Virus record (IMG/VR): IMGVR_UViG_3300036716_001267
Coordinates: 1 to 35,704 of that record
DNA from: a virus
Lineage: Duplodnaviria > Caudoviricetes
Strand: one strand, 5' to 3'
Length of the DNA: 35,704 bases
In this document: piece after piece, positions 8,445 through 16,640 of the stretch
Position numbering within the stretch: position 1 is the first letter of the stretch
Layout: each line of letters starts with the position of its first letter
Program-made: the position numbers and the translations under genes
The notes under the pieces: generated by a model
What the model saw: the letters and a program-made list of their open reading frames with translations, nothing else
The model's database searches: none
What the model was told of the DNA's origin: nothing

Positions 8445-9193
8445 TTATATCTAATTCAAACAACTTTGCTGTAACCCGTGCCCAAAAAACGGGCGGTGCC
8501 TCGCTTGAAATTTATTTTCTTGAATCGGGACTGGTAGATACAAACAGCGACATATACACACTTGAGGGCGGGTTTAATACTTGGGAAGAGTTTAAAGCTT
8601 ATAGCGATGCCCATGACAATCTTAAGTATTCAGAGCTTCCCAGAGATTTGTACGGGTATGATTATCTTAAAGACGCACAAAAAACCTACCATGAAGTAGT
8701 AGCTGATGGGCAGGCCCCGGCCGATATGCCTTGGGTGGGTACAATACGTCACCCATTACATTGGCTTGCATCCCTCTATTACTATGCAAACGTGCGAAGA
8801 AAAATAACCGCAGCAGAAAACCTTAAAAAGTACGGGCAATACACTAAAAACGATCTTGATATGGCACAAGAAGTATCCGAGCCAGACGCTTCATTTGATT
8901 TTGTTTTTGATAAGCATTGGACGAACCCTAATGTACAGGATAGCTTAAAAGCACAAACAAGCTACTATCCAGAGCACGTGCAGCTATTCAATATTGAAAA
9001 CATACATGAACACGCCACAGCTTTTATAACAGCCAAAGGCGGTGCGGTAACGGAACGAATAGAAGTGCGTAAAAGCGACAACGACCCTACGTACTACTTG
9101 GATAACCTTTCCGCCGACAGAAAGCAACGCGCTTTAGATATATATGCAAAAGATTTAGCGGCTTGGGAAGCAGCATACGCTATTTATAACTAA
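8441..9193 (+). CDS. Sulfotransferase family protein (degenerate 5'-PSB motif)
   Basis: RAQKTGGAS and IRHPLHWLASLYYY match PAPS-binding motifs; clear paralogue of the next gene. Confidence 0.75.
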   Translation: MIISNSNNFAVTRAQKTGGASLEIYFLESGLVDTNSDIYTLEGGFNTWEEFKAYSDAHDNLKYSELPRDLYGYDYLKDAQKTYHEVVADGQAPADMPWVGTIRHPLHWLASLYYYANVRRKITAAENLKKYGQYTKNDLDMAQEVSEPDASFDFVFDKHWTNPNVQDSLKAQTSYYPEHVQLFNIENIHEHATAFITAKGGAVTERIEVRKSDNDPTYYLDNLSADRKQRALDIYAKDLAAWEAAYAIYN

Positions 9194-9900
9194 TGTTTAT
9201 ATCTCGTTCTAACAATTTTGTTTTCATAAGAGTACCCAAGACCGGCTCTACGTCGGCTTTGTTTTATTTTTTAAGCTCGGGGCTTTACGACTCTAGCAAA
9301 GACACGGTGGCCCTTGAGGGTAACTTTTACTCGTGGGAGCAGATGCAGAAATGTTTTGTAGATCATCCCAAAGACTACTTAGAAAAAGCCCGACAAGTTC
9401 CGTTTATGGATTTGGTTGGTATAAATAGGGAAGTGCACTCGTCATATTCCGAGTTAGTCAAGGAAGGGAAAGTAGACAAAGGGATGCCGTGTTATTCGGT
9501 GGTTAGAAACCCTATAGACAGATTGTGCTCTATTTACTTTTATAAAAATAAGCAAGGAGACGTGGCGGGTAAGGCCCCAGAAACAGAAAACGTTAACGAG
9601 TTTTGCTATAAAGCTTGTATTAAAGGCGAAAAACTAGACCCCGAGCATTCAAGTAATTTGCAGTCTAGTTATTTCCCAGATCATACAAAGCTATGGAATA
9701 TAGAGAACTTACATGAACACGCGGTAGCAGACATAACTGCTTTGGGGGGCAAGGTCGGACATCCGATACATGTGCGAAAAACTAATCCGGACCCTATAGA
9801 TTACCAAGCACTCTTGTCTCATGAAGTGGTTCAGATGATAGAGTTAAAATACGCTCAAGACTTTGTTCTTTGGGAAAAAGCATACGCGGTGTACAATTAA
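9193..9900 (+). CDS. Sulfotransferase family protein (Sulfotransfer_2-like)
   Basis: FVFIRVPKTGSTS (5'-PSB), VVRNPIDRLCSIYFY (3'-PB), C-terminal YAQDF. Confidence 0.85.
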   Translation: MFISRSNNFVFIRVPKTGSTSALFYFLSSGLYDSSKDTVALEGNFYSWEQMQKCFVDHPKDYLEKARQVPFMDLVGINREVHSSYSELVKEGKVDKGMPCYSVVRNPIDRLCSIYFYKNKQGDVAGKAPETENVNEFCYKACIKGEKLDPEHSSNLQSSYFPDHTKLWNIENLHEHAVADITALGGKVGHPIHVRKTNPDPIDYQALLSHEVVQMIELKYAQDFVLWEKAYAVYN

Positions 9901-9933
9901 GTAGGGCTAGATAGTAGTAGGAGAACCCATGAG

Positions 9934-10179
9934 ATGACCGAGCTAGAGCTAGAAGCAATGATACAGCGTGCTGCGGAGGCGGGGGCTAAAAAAGCCTTAC
10001 GTGACGTGGGTTTACAAGACGACGACGCTGTTCATGACATGCGTGAAATACGCGACCTTCTAGACTCTTGGCGGTCGGCCAAACGTACTGCGGCAAATAC
10101 CGTGATTAAGACCTTTACCTACATATTCTTGGGTGCCCTGCTAACGGGGTCCTACTTTAGTTTTTTTAACAAGCCTTAG
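9934..10179 (+). CDS. Small membrane protein (DUF6127-like), holin candidate
   Basis: AAEAGAKKAL..VGL...EIRDLLDSWR followed by one C-terminal hydrophobic segment; first gene of the lysis cluster. Confidence 0.6.
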   Translation: MTELELEAMIQRAAEAGAKKALRDVGLQDDDAVHDMREIRDLLDSWRSAKRTAANTVIKTFTYIFLGALLTGSYFSFFNKP

Positions 10180-10188
10180 GTGCGTATT

Positions 10189-10557
10189 ATGAGCCACTTC
10201 CAGACCGCGCTAGTTGCCGAGGCTGTGGATGGTGGATGGCGGCTACACGCCCCATTGGTGTACTATAGCGACGTACTGGGCCGTACAGTCACTGTGCCTG
10301 CGGGCTATTACACTGATCTGGCGAGTGTACCCAGAATATTCCGGTGGGTAGTGCCTGTGGCAAACGCGAAAAACCGCAAGGCTGCCGTGGTCCACGACTA
10401 TTTATGCACTCACGGAGACGGCGTTGTTAAGAACCAGAAACAAGCTGATAAGGTATTTCGTGAAGCATTAAGCGTACTAGGTCTGGGAAAGTTTAAGTCA
10501 GGCGCGCTTTATTACCCCGTGCGTATGTTTCAGTCTATTAAAGGGTGGTTTAAATGA
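10189..10557 (+). CDS. DUF1353 family protein
   Basis: VPAGYYTDLASVPR...AAVVHDYLC...ADKVFREAL. Confidence 0.85.
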   Translation: MSHFQTALVAEAVDGGWRLHAPLVYYSDVLGRTVTVPAGYYTDLASVPRIFRWVVPVANAKNRKAAVVHDYLCTHGDGVVKNQKQADKVFREALSVLGLGKFKSGALYYPVRMFQSIKGWFK

Positions 10558-10790
10558 GATTACTTACTTTAGGTGCAGTGCTGCTTGCACTCCCTGCTTG
10601 TACGCAGTTAAATAGCCTAGAAATTACCCCTGAAGATAACGCTATGGCGTGTCTAAAAGGTAGCACTAATGCTGCCGGTGGGTTACTAGGTGCAAACGTC
10701 GCGGGTATTACCGTAGAACTACCTTCTTCTGTGGATACCTCCAACTGGACTGCACAAGACTGGAAAGAGCTAGCCGAGCTTTGCGACTAG
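10554..10790 (+). CDS. Lipoprotein, possible spanin-like lysis accessory
   Basis: Signal peptide MRLLTLGAVLLA plus lipobox LPAC; adjacent to the endolysin. Confidence 0.65.
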   Translation: MRLLTLGAVLLALPACTQLNSLEITPEDNAMACLKGSTNAAGGLLGANVAGITVELPSSVDTSNWTAQDWKELAELCD

Positions 10791-11140
10791 TGGGAGAGTT
10801 TACGTACTTCTCGTTCGGTGAGTTTGCTTGTACGCATACAGGTAAAAACCTCATTGAAGAGGACTTTGTACTTAGACTCGATGAATTGCGCGGCCTGTGC
10901 GGGTTTCCGTTTGTTATAACCAGTGGGTACCGCGACGCGACACATCCAGAAGAAGCACGTAAGACAAAGCCCGGTACGCACGCTCAAGGCATAGCCGCCG
11001 ATATAAGGGTAACTAACGGAGCACAACGCGCATTAATTGTTAAACATGCGTTAGAATTGGGCTTTAACGGTATTGGAGTGGCTAAGACCTTCGTACACGT
11101 TGACACCCGCCCAAGCACCCTTGTTATGTGGACTTACTGA
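10781..11140 (+). CDS. Endolysin, peptidase M15 family
   Basis: EFAC, ITSGYR, HAQGIAADI and FVHVD zinc-peptidase motifs; start codon uncertain. Confidence 0.9.
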   Translation: MRLVGEFTYFSFGEFACTHTGKNLIEEDFVLRLDELRGLCGFPFVITSGYRDATHPEEARKTKPGTHAQGIAADIRVTNGAQRALIVKHALELGFNGIGVAKTFVHVDTRPSTLVMWTY

Positions 11141-13008
11141 TGGCCTTTTTCAAACTTACATTAGCGCCCGGCATTGACAAACAGAACACCGAATACGGTG
11201 CTGAAGGCGGATGGACGGATGGCGACAACATCCGTTTTCGTTATGGAATGCCAGAAAAAATTGGTGGTTGGACTTATTTTAACGGCACTGCAGATTACTT
11301 AGTGGGCTTTGCTAGTTTCACGTTTTCTTGGAATAGCCTCGCAGGGACTCCCTACCTTGCCGTGGGCACGGACCGGAAAATCTACGTAAGCTTAGGTGGT
11401 GCTTGGTACGATATCACTCCCCTACGAGCCACAACCGCTGCCGGTGACGTGACGTTTGCCGCCTCTACAGGCTCGCCTATAATAACCGTGACAGACGCCT
11501 CCCACGGAGCGTCACAGGGGGACTTTGTTACCTTTAGTGGTGCAGCAAGCCTCGGCGGGCAAATCACCGCTGACATCCTTAACTCCGAGTGGGAAATCAC
11601 CGAGGTCACGAACTCAAGCACCTACACAATCACTGCCCCTGTCAATGCTGACGGATCAGACACGGGTAATGGCGGCGCTTCAGTGGTAGGCGCATATCAA
11701 ATTAGCGTAGGTTCTGACACTAGTTATTTCGACTTCGGTTTTGGTACAGGAACATGGGGCGCGGGTACGTGGGGTACTCCACGAACTGAAGTGCAGGTTG
11801 AAACGCTCAACGCGCGTATTTGGCATTTCGATAACTTTGGCCAAGTGCTGCTTCTGCAGCTTGTGGATGGGGAGCTATACCAGTGGAATCCTTCCGACGG
11901 CGTAGATACTCGCGCTTCACTGGTTTCTGGTGCACCGACTAAGAACGGCTACATGCTAGTTTCTAGTCCAGACAGGCATTTAATTGCCTTAGGCACTGAA
12001 ACCACAATAGGTGACCCTGACACTCAAGATCCTTTGTTCGTCCGATTCTCCAACCAAGAAGACATTAACACTTTTGCCGAGTCTGCTACGAACACGGCCG
12101 GTGGCCAACGGTTATCCGACGGTAACAGGATTCAGACAGCAGTCAGGGCGCGTGGACAGATACTGATATTGACCGACACGTCTCTTCACGGCATGCAATA
12201 CATTGGTCCTCCGTACACGTTCGGTTTCCAACAGCTAGGCAGCAACTGTGGTGCCTTGGGTCCAAACTCTGCGATAGAGGTTAATGGATTGGCTTTCTGG
12301 ATGGGCCACGAAGCGTTCTACGTCTTTGACGGTACGGTGAAAAAGCTTCCCTGCACACTACAGGATTACGTCTTTGACGACATCAATCTGGTGCAAGAGG
12401 ATAAGGTTTTTGCTGCGCTGAACTCTGACTTTAACGAGGTCACGTGGTTCTATTGCAGTTTCACGTCGGATTATATTGATCGGTGTGTGACTTATAACTA
12501 TCTTGAAAACGTCTGGTCTGAGGGTACGTTAGCGCGTACTTCTTGGCAGGACGTGGGGTCGTTCCAACTTCCCACGGCTTCTGAGTATTTCCCTGAAAGC
12601 ACTGAGGCTACTATAGGCACTATTTACGGACTCACGGCCGGTCGAAGCTTAATATATAACCACGAAGACGGTGTTAATCAGGCAGACGGCAGCGCGATTA
12701 CGGCCTTTATCGACTCTGGTTACTTTGATATTGGCGACGGCGACAACATGATCTTGATGCGGCGGTTTATCCCTGACTTTAAGAACCAAGAGGGAAACCT
12801 TACGGTAAACCTGTTATTGCGCGCCTACCCACAAACCACCGCTAGTCCAAGTTCCTTGGACCCCTACGTCATCACGCCGACGACAGACAAAGTGGACACG
12901 CGGGCTCGCGGGCGGCAGATTGCGTTGAAGATTACCAGTGACGAAGTCGATACTAACTGGCGCTACGGTACGCTGCGCGTTGATATTCAGCCGGATGGTC
13001 TGCGATGA
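11140..13008 (+). CDS. Tail nozzle / packaged-DNA stabilisation-like protein
   Basis: Large beta-rich virion protein (WTDGDNIRFRYG.PEKIGGW ... DTRARGRQ ... WRYGTLRVD) directly upstream of ejection-type genes, where P22 gp10/T7 gp12 equivalents sit. Start reassigned to 11140. Confidence 0.7.
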   Translation: MAFFKLTLAPGIDKQNTEYGAEGGWTDGDNIRFRYGMPEKIGGWTYFNGTADYLVGFASFTFSWNSLAGTPYLAVGTDRKIYVSLGGAWYDITPLRATTAAGDVTFAASTGSPIITVTDASHGASQGDFVTFSGAASLGGQITADILNSEWEITEVTNSSTYTITAPVNADGSDTGNGGASVVGAYQISVGSDTSYFDFGFGTGTWGAGTWGTPRTEVQVETLNARIWHFDNFGQVLLLQLVDGELYQWNPSDGVDTRASLVSGAPTKNGYMLVSSPDRHLIALGTETTIGDPDTQDPLFVRFSNQEDINTFAESATNTAGGQRLSDGNRIQTAVRARGQILILTDTSLHGMQYIGPPYTFGFQQLGSNCGALGPNSAIEVNGLAFWMGHEAFYVFDGTVKKLPCTLQDYVFDDINLVQEDKVFAALNSDFNEVTWFYCSFTSDYIDRCVTYNYLENVWSEGTLARTSWQDVGSFQLPTASEYFPESTEATIGTIYGLTAGRSLIYNHEDGVNQADGSAITAFIDSGYFDIGDGDNMILMRRFIPDFKNQEGNLTVNLLLRAYPQTTASPSSLDPYVITPTTDKVDTRARGRQIALKITSDEVDTNWRYGTLRVDIQPDGLR

Positions 13009-13181
13009 GCAAAATACAGAACGTCCGACTACCTGACGCGGCGACAGGCGACTACAGCCCTCAGCAGTTTAACCAGTTGGTGCGTTCGCTAGAGCAGATT
13101 GTTCTGCAACTGAACTCTAGTTACACGCCGATAGTCACACAGAGCAAAAGCAACGCTCGGGCATGGTTCGAGGGGACATAA
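13005..13181 (+). CDS. Small hypothetical virion-module protein (58 aa)
   Basis: MSKIQNVRLPDAATGDYSPQQFNQLVRSLEQIVLQLNSSY...WFEGT; fills the gap exactly (ATGA overlap, stop abuts the next ATG). Below the ORF-track cutoff. Confidence 0.8.
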   Translation: MSKIQNVRLPDAATGDYSPQQFNQLVRSLEQIVLQLNSSYTPIVTQSKSNARAWFEGT

Positions 13182-13514
13182 ATGGCAGATAAATATTTTC
13201 ATCAGAGACTTATCCCTGCAGCGGCGACCGAGACAACGATATACACGGTCCCTGCTGCAAATACGGCGATTATTAAGTCCCTGCGGGTGACCAATGCCTC
13301 CGGCAACCAGTCGGATATTACGGTAAGCCAGTACGAGACATCGGGTGGTGCAGCAGGGTATTTGTATCATGCTCAAGCATTAGCGCACAGTGCAAGCGTT
13401 GACGTGTTTGCAGGTGTTCCGTGCATTTTAGAAGAAAGTAACGTCTTAAAGGTTACTTCGACACGAGCCGATGTGACTTTTTACCTGTCTTATCTTGAAG
13501 TGGACAGGGACTAA
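13182..13514 (+). CDS. Small beta-rich virion protein
   Basis: TTIYTVPA...AIIKSLRVTN...ILEESNVLKV...SYLEV. Confidence 0.7.
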   Translation: MADKYFHQRLIPAAATETTIYTVPAANTAIIKSLRVTNASGNQSDITVSQYETSGGAAGYLYHAQALAHSASVDVFAGVPCILEESNVLKVTSTRADVTFYLSYLEVDRD

Positions 13515-13597
13515 TAATTGCTTGATAATCAGCAGTAATTTCGCGCTTCGGGCGCGCGACCCTGTGTGGTCCTACTTAAAAAATTAAGGAAAAGATC

Positions 13598-15517
13598 ATG
13601 GCAGAAGCGATGCAGGGAGCTATGCCCCCACCTCCCCAAATGGGTAATATGAGCGCCGAAATGGCCGCCGTAGAAGAGATGCGAAAGCAGGTCTCGCCCT
13701 CCGAAGTGAACAATGAAATGCTCATGGCGGCAGAACAGGCCGACCCTATTGCCGTTGCAGAGTTCAGACGTGAACTCGAAGAGATGGAAATCCCGCCGGA
13801 GGTGCTTGCACTTCTTAATACGATGGTTGATGAGGTTCTCGCCGACCCCGCTAACTACGCCGCTATCCGCGAGCGTTACATGGCGCAGGGCGTAGACGAG
13901 GAGCTTCTCCCTGAGGCGTTTGATGCTCAGCTATTTGGCGCGTTACAGGTTGCGCTTGATCAGCTTCGAGCTCCTGACACAATGGCTCCCCCACAAAACT
14001 TCGCCAAGGGCGGTATCGCAAGCCTCCGCCCAATGGCTCAGGCTATGGCCGACGCAGGCCGTAACGGCGACACGATGGTCGCCCATATTAGCCCCATTGA
14101 GGCACAGATCCTAAAGCGTATTGGCGGTAGCGGCACGACTAACCCTACCACCGGCATGCCTGAGTTCTTCCTGAAGAAGCTATTTAAGAAGATCGGTAAG
14201 ACGGTCAAGAAGTTTGCCAATACGACGATTGGTAAGATCGTTATCGGTACGGCCCTGTTCGCAATTGCCGGTCCGGCAGCAACGGCAATATTTGGAAGCA
14301 CCGCTGCCCCTGCTTTGGTTGCCGCTACCAAAGGTTTCGTAGCCGGTGCAGGCTCGTCTCTTATTGCAGGTGGAAACTTTAAAGACTCCCTGAAGGCAGG
14401 CGCTATTGGCGCGGTAACTGCCGGTGCAGTAAGTGGCGTGACCCAAGGAGCAAGCGCATTTAAGTCTACTGCAGCGCCTACAGGTGCTCCGGTGACTACT
14501 TCTGTCCCTGCGGTGGATAGCACAGCGGCACTTCCTGATTTAAGCGCTACAGCGGCAGAGACGGTGGCGACTGGCGTACCGATGCCCATGGACCCCTTTG
14601 CCGCCAGTCCCACAGGAATGCCTGTTGCAACGCAGCCTGTCGTACCCCCTATCCCCGCAGCACCTCCTATACGGCCGGGCGACCCCTTCGCTGCCTCCGG
14701 AGCGCCTGTTGCTCGAGCGCCAGTCCAAAGCGGTGTTGCTTCATTGCCCACCACGCCTGCAGCAGGTCAGCAAGTAGCCGCTACAGGCGGTCAAACCGCC
14801 CCATCAAGTTTCTTTGGGAACATAAAGGAAACCTTTGCTCCGGGCGATGCGACTTTTGGCGACAGAGTAGAAAGCCTAAAAGACGCGTTCTCTCCCGCTG
14901 CGCGTCAGGCGGCAGGGGCGGAAAGAGCACAATTAGCAGGCAATAAAGCTTTTGGCGATACGTTAGATCAATTCGCACAGAGGGGTATAACTGAGAACAC
15001 TCAAGGTTACGCGACAGCGGTTAAGGCAGCTCAAGACGCCGCTTCTGCCGCAGTGGCGGCCAATACTTCGGGGGCAATATCCAACTACCTACCTCTAGCC
15101 GCTGCAGGCATGGGCATCGCCGGATTATCTGGAGCGTTTAGCCCTGAGCAACCACAGCTACCGCCCGGCTTTGAAGGTATGACGGATGCGCCCGGCCAAC
15201 GACTGCTCGAGCAGTACCCTGAGCGTTACGGCCTGAGCTTTGGCGGCGTGAATACCATGTCGCAAACTGCTCCTTATCAAATGTATCGTCCCTACGGTGC
15301 CGCGAAAGGAGGCAGTACGTCTGACTTCCCACGCAAGAATGGCCACATAAGCGGGCCGGGCACTGGTACGTCCGACGACATCCCCGCAATGCTCAGCGAC
15401 GGCGAGTTTGTATTCACCGCCAAGGCAGTACGCAACATGGGCAACGGATCACGGCGCAAGGGCGCTAAAAAAATGTATGCACTTATGAAGAATCTAGAGG
15501 GCCGCGCCAATGGTTGA
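13598..15517 (+). CDS. Internal virion / DNA ejection-type protein
   Basis: A/G/P-rich with hydrophobic Gly/Ala segments; motifs GRNGDTMVAHI...NPTTGMPEF and GPGTGTSDDIPAMLSDGEFV. Confidence 0.7.
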   Translation: MAEAMQGAMPPPPQMGNMSAEMAAVEEMRKQVSPSEVNNEMLMAAEQADPIAVAEFRRELEEMEIPPEVLALLNTMVDEVLADPANYAAIRERYMAQGVDEELLPEAFDAQLFGALQVALDQLRAPDTMAPPQNFAKGGIASLRPMAQAMADAGRNGDTMVAHISPIEAQILKRIGGSGTTNPTTGMPEFFLKKLFKKIGKTVKKFANTTIGKIVIGTALFAIAGPAATAIFGSTAAPALVAATKGFVAGAGSSLIAGGNFKDSLKAGAIGAVTAGAVSGVTQGASAFKSTAAPTGAPVTTSVPAVDSTAALPDLSATAAETVATGVPMPMDPFAASPTGMPVATQPVVPPIPAAPPIRPGDPFAASGAPVARAPVQSGVASLPTTPAAGQQVAATGGQTAPSSFFGNIKETFAPGDATFGDRVESLKDAFSPAARQAAGAERAQLAGNKAFGDTLDQFAQRGITENTQGYATAVKAAQDAASAAVAANTSGAISNYLPLAAAGMGIAGLSGAFSPEQPQLPPGFEGMTDAPGQRLLEQYPERYGLSFGGVNTMSQTAPYQMYRPYGAAKGGSTSDFPRKNGHISGPGTGTSDDIPAMLSDGEFVFTAKAVRNMGNGSRRKGAKKMYALMKNLEGRANG

Positions 15518-16640
15518 TATGACCTATTCAACCCAGTACGTACGTGAAGCGCCAGAAATTGAAGCGTACAAGCTAGGACTAATTAACGAGGCTCGAGACC
15601 TTTACAATCAGCCTATGTACCTGCCCGCCGTTGAGGCCGCAGGTCTTTCTGGCACTGAGCTGCAGGGAATTGACTTTGCCAAGCAGGGTGTTGGCGCGTT
15701 CGAGCCTTACATACAGGCGGCATCTCAAGGCGTCACCCAAGGCATGGACCTCACGCAGCGTGGCGCGTTAGCGGCAGGCGCTGTTGACACGACGGCTCAG
15801 TATCAGGCCGCTCAGGACATGATGGGTCGCGCAGTCCCTGTTATTGGTCAAGGTATTGGCGGTATCTTAGGTTCTGCTAAGGCATATGACCCAAACCAAG
15901 CCGCCTCTTACATGAACCCTTACCAACAGCAGGTGACACAAAACGCTCTTGGTGAGATGCGCCGTCAGGCGAACATCGCCCAGACTGGAGCCGCCGCACA
16001 AGCAGTGGGTGCAGGTGCTTTTGGCGGGACTCGAGAGGGTGTTCAGCGCGCTGAAACTGAGCGCGGCGTTCAGGACTTGATGCAGCAGCGAATCATGCAG
16101 GACTACGCCAACAACTACGCGCAGGCACAGCAGGCGGCAATGCAGGGATTTGAATCTCAGCAGCAGCGCCAACTGGCCGGTGGGCAGGCGTTAGGTCAAG
16201 CCGGAATGCAGTTCGCCAATCTCGGACAGGGTATCGGCGGTTTGACTGCACAACAGGCAGGCGTTGACATTAACAAGGCAGGCGCATTAGGCAACCTTGG
16301 TAGCCAGATGGGGTCGCTTGGCACGCAATACGGCGCATTAGGTCAGGCTTCACAGCAACTCGGCGCGGCAGACACAGGTCTGTTGATGGGTCTTGGTGGC
16401 CTCGAGCGTCAAGTCGAGCAAAGCCAGATCGACGCGATTCGATCCACCCAGATGCAGGAAGCGATGGCTCCTTATCAGCAGCTTGGTTTTGTTTCAGACA
16501 TTTATCGTGGCGCACCAACCACCTCAATGGCACTTACCGCCCAGACCGCACCTAGCGCGAGCCCGCTGCAAACAGCGGTAGGCTTGGGAGTAGGCGCGTT
16601 GTCCACGGCAGCCGGTGCACAGAAAGCAGGGTTATTCTAA
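15510..16640 (+). CDS. Internal virion / DNA pilot-like protein
   Basis: Q/A/G-rich, YMNPYQQQV and AGAFGGTR motifs, hydrophobic Gly-rich C-terminus. Confidence 0.7.
   Translation: MVDMTYSTQYVREAPEIEAYKLGLINEARDLYNQPMYLPAVEAAGLSGTELQGIDFAKQGVGAFEPYIQAASQGVTQGMDLTQRGALAAGAVDTTAQYQAAQDMMGRAVPVIGQGIGGILGSAKAYDPNQAASYMNPYQQQVTQNALGEMRRQANIAQTGAAAQAVGAGAFGGTREGVQRAETERGVQDLMQQRIMQDYANNYAQAQQAAMQGFESQQQRQLAGGQALGQAGMQFANLGQGIGGLTAQQAGVDINKAGALGNLGSQMGSLGTQYGALGQASQQLGAADTGLLMGLGGLERQVEQSQIDAIRSTQMQEAMAPYQQLGFVSDIYRGAPTTSMALTAQTAPSASPLQTAVGLGVGALSTAAGAQKAGLF

Noticed and set aside
2512-9900. Diversity-generating retroelement or invertible fibre switch
   Set aside because: No reverse transcriptase or invertase, and no template/variable repeat pair was seen.
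14591-14698. Duplicated DPFAAS peptide in a Pro-rich linker
   Set aside because: Only two short copies in low-complexity sequence; no supportable function.
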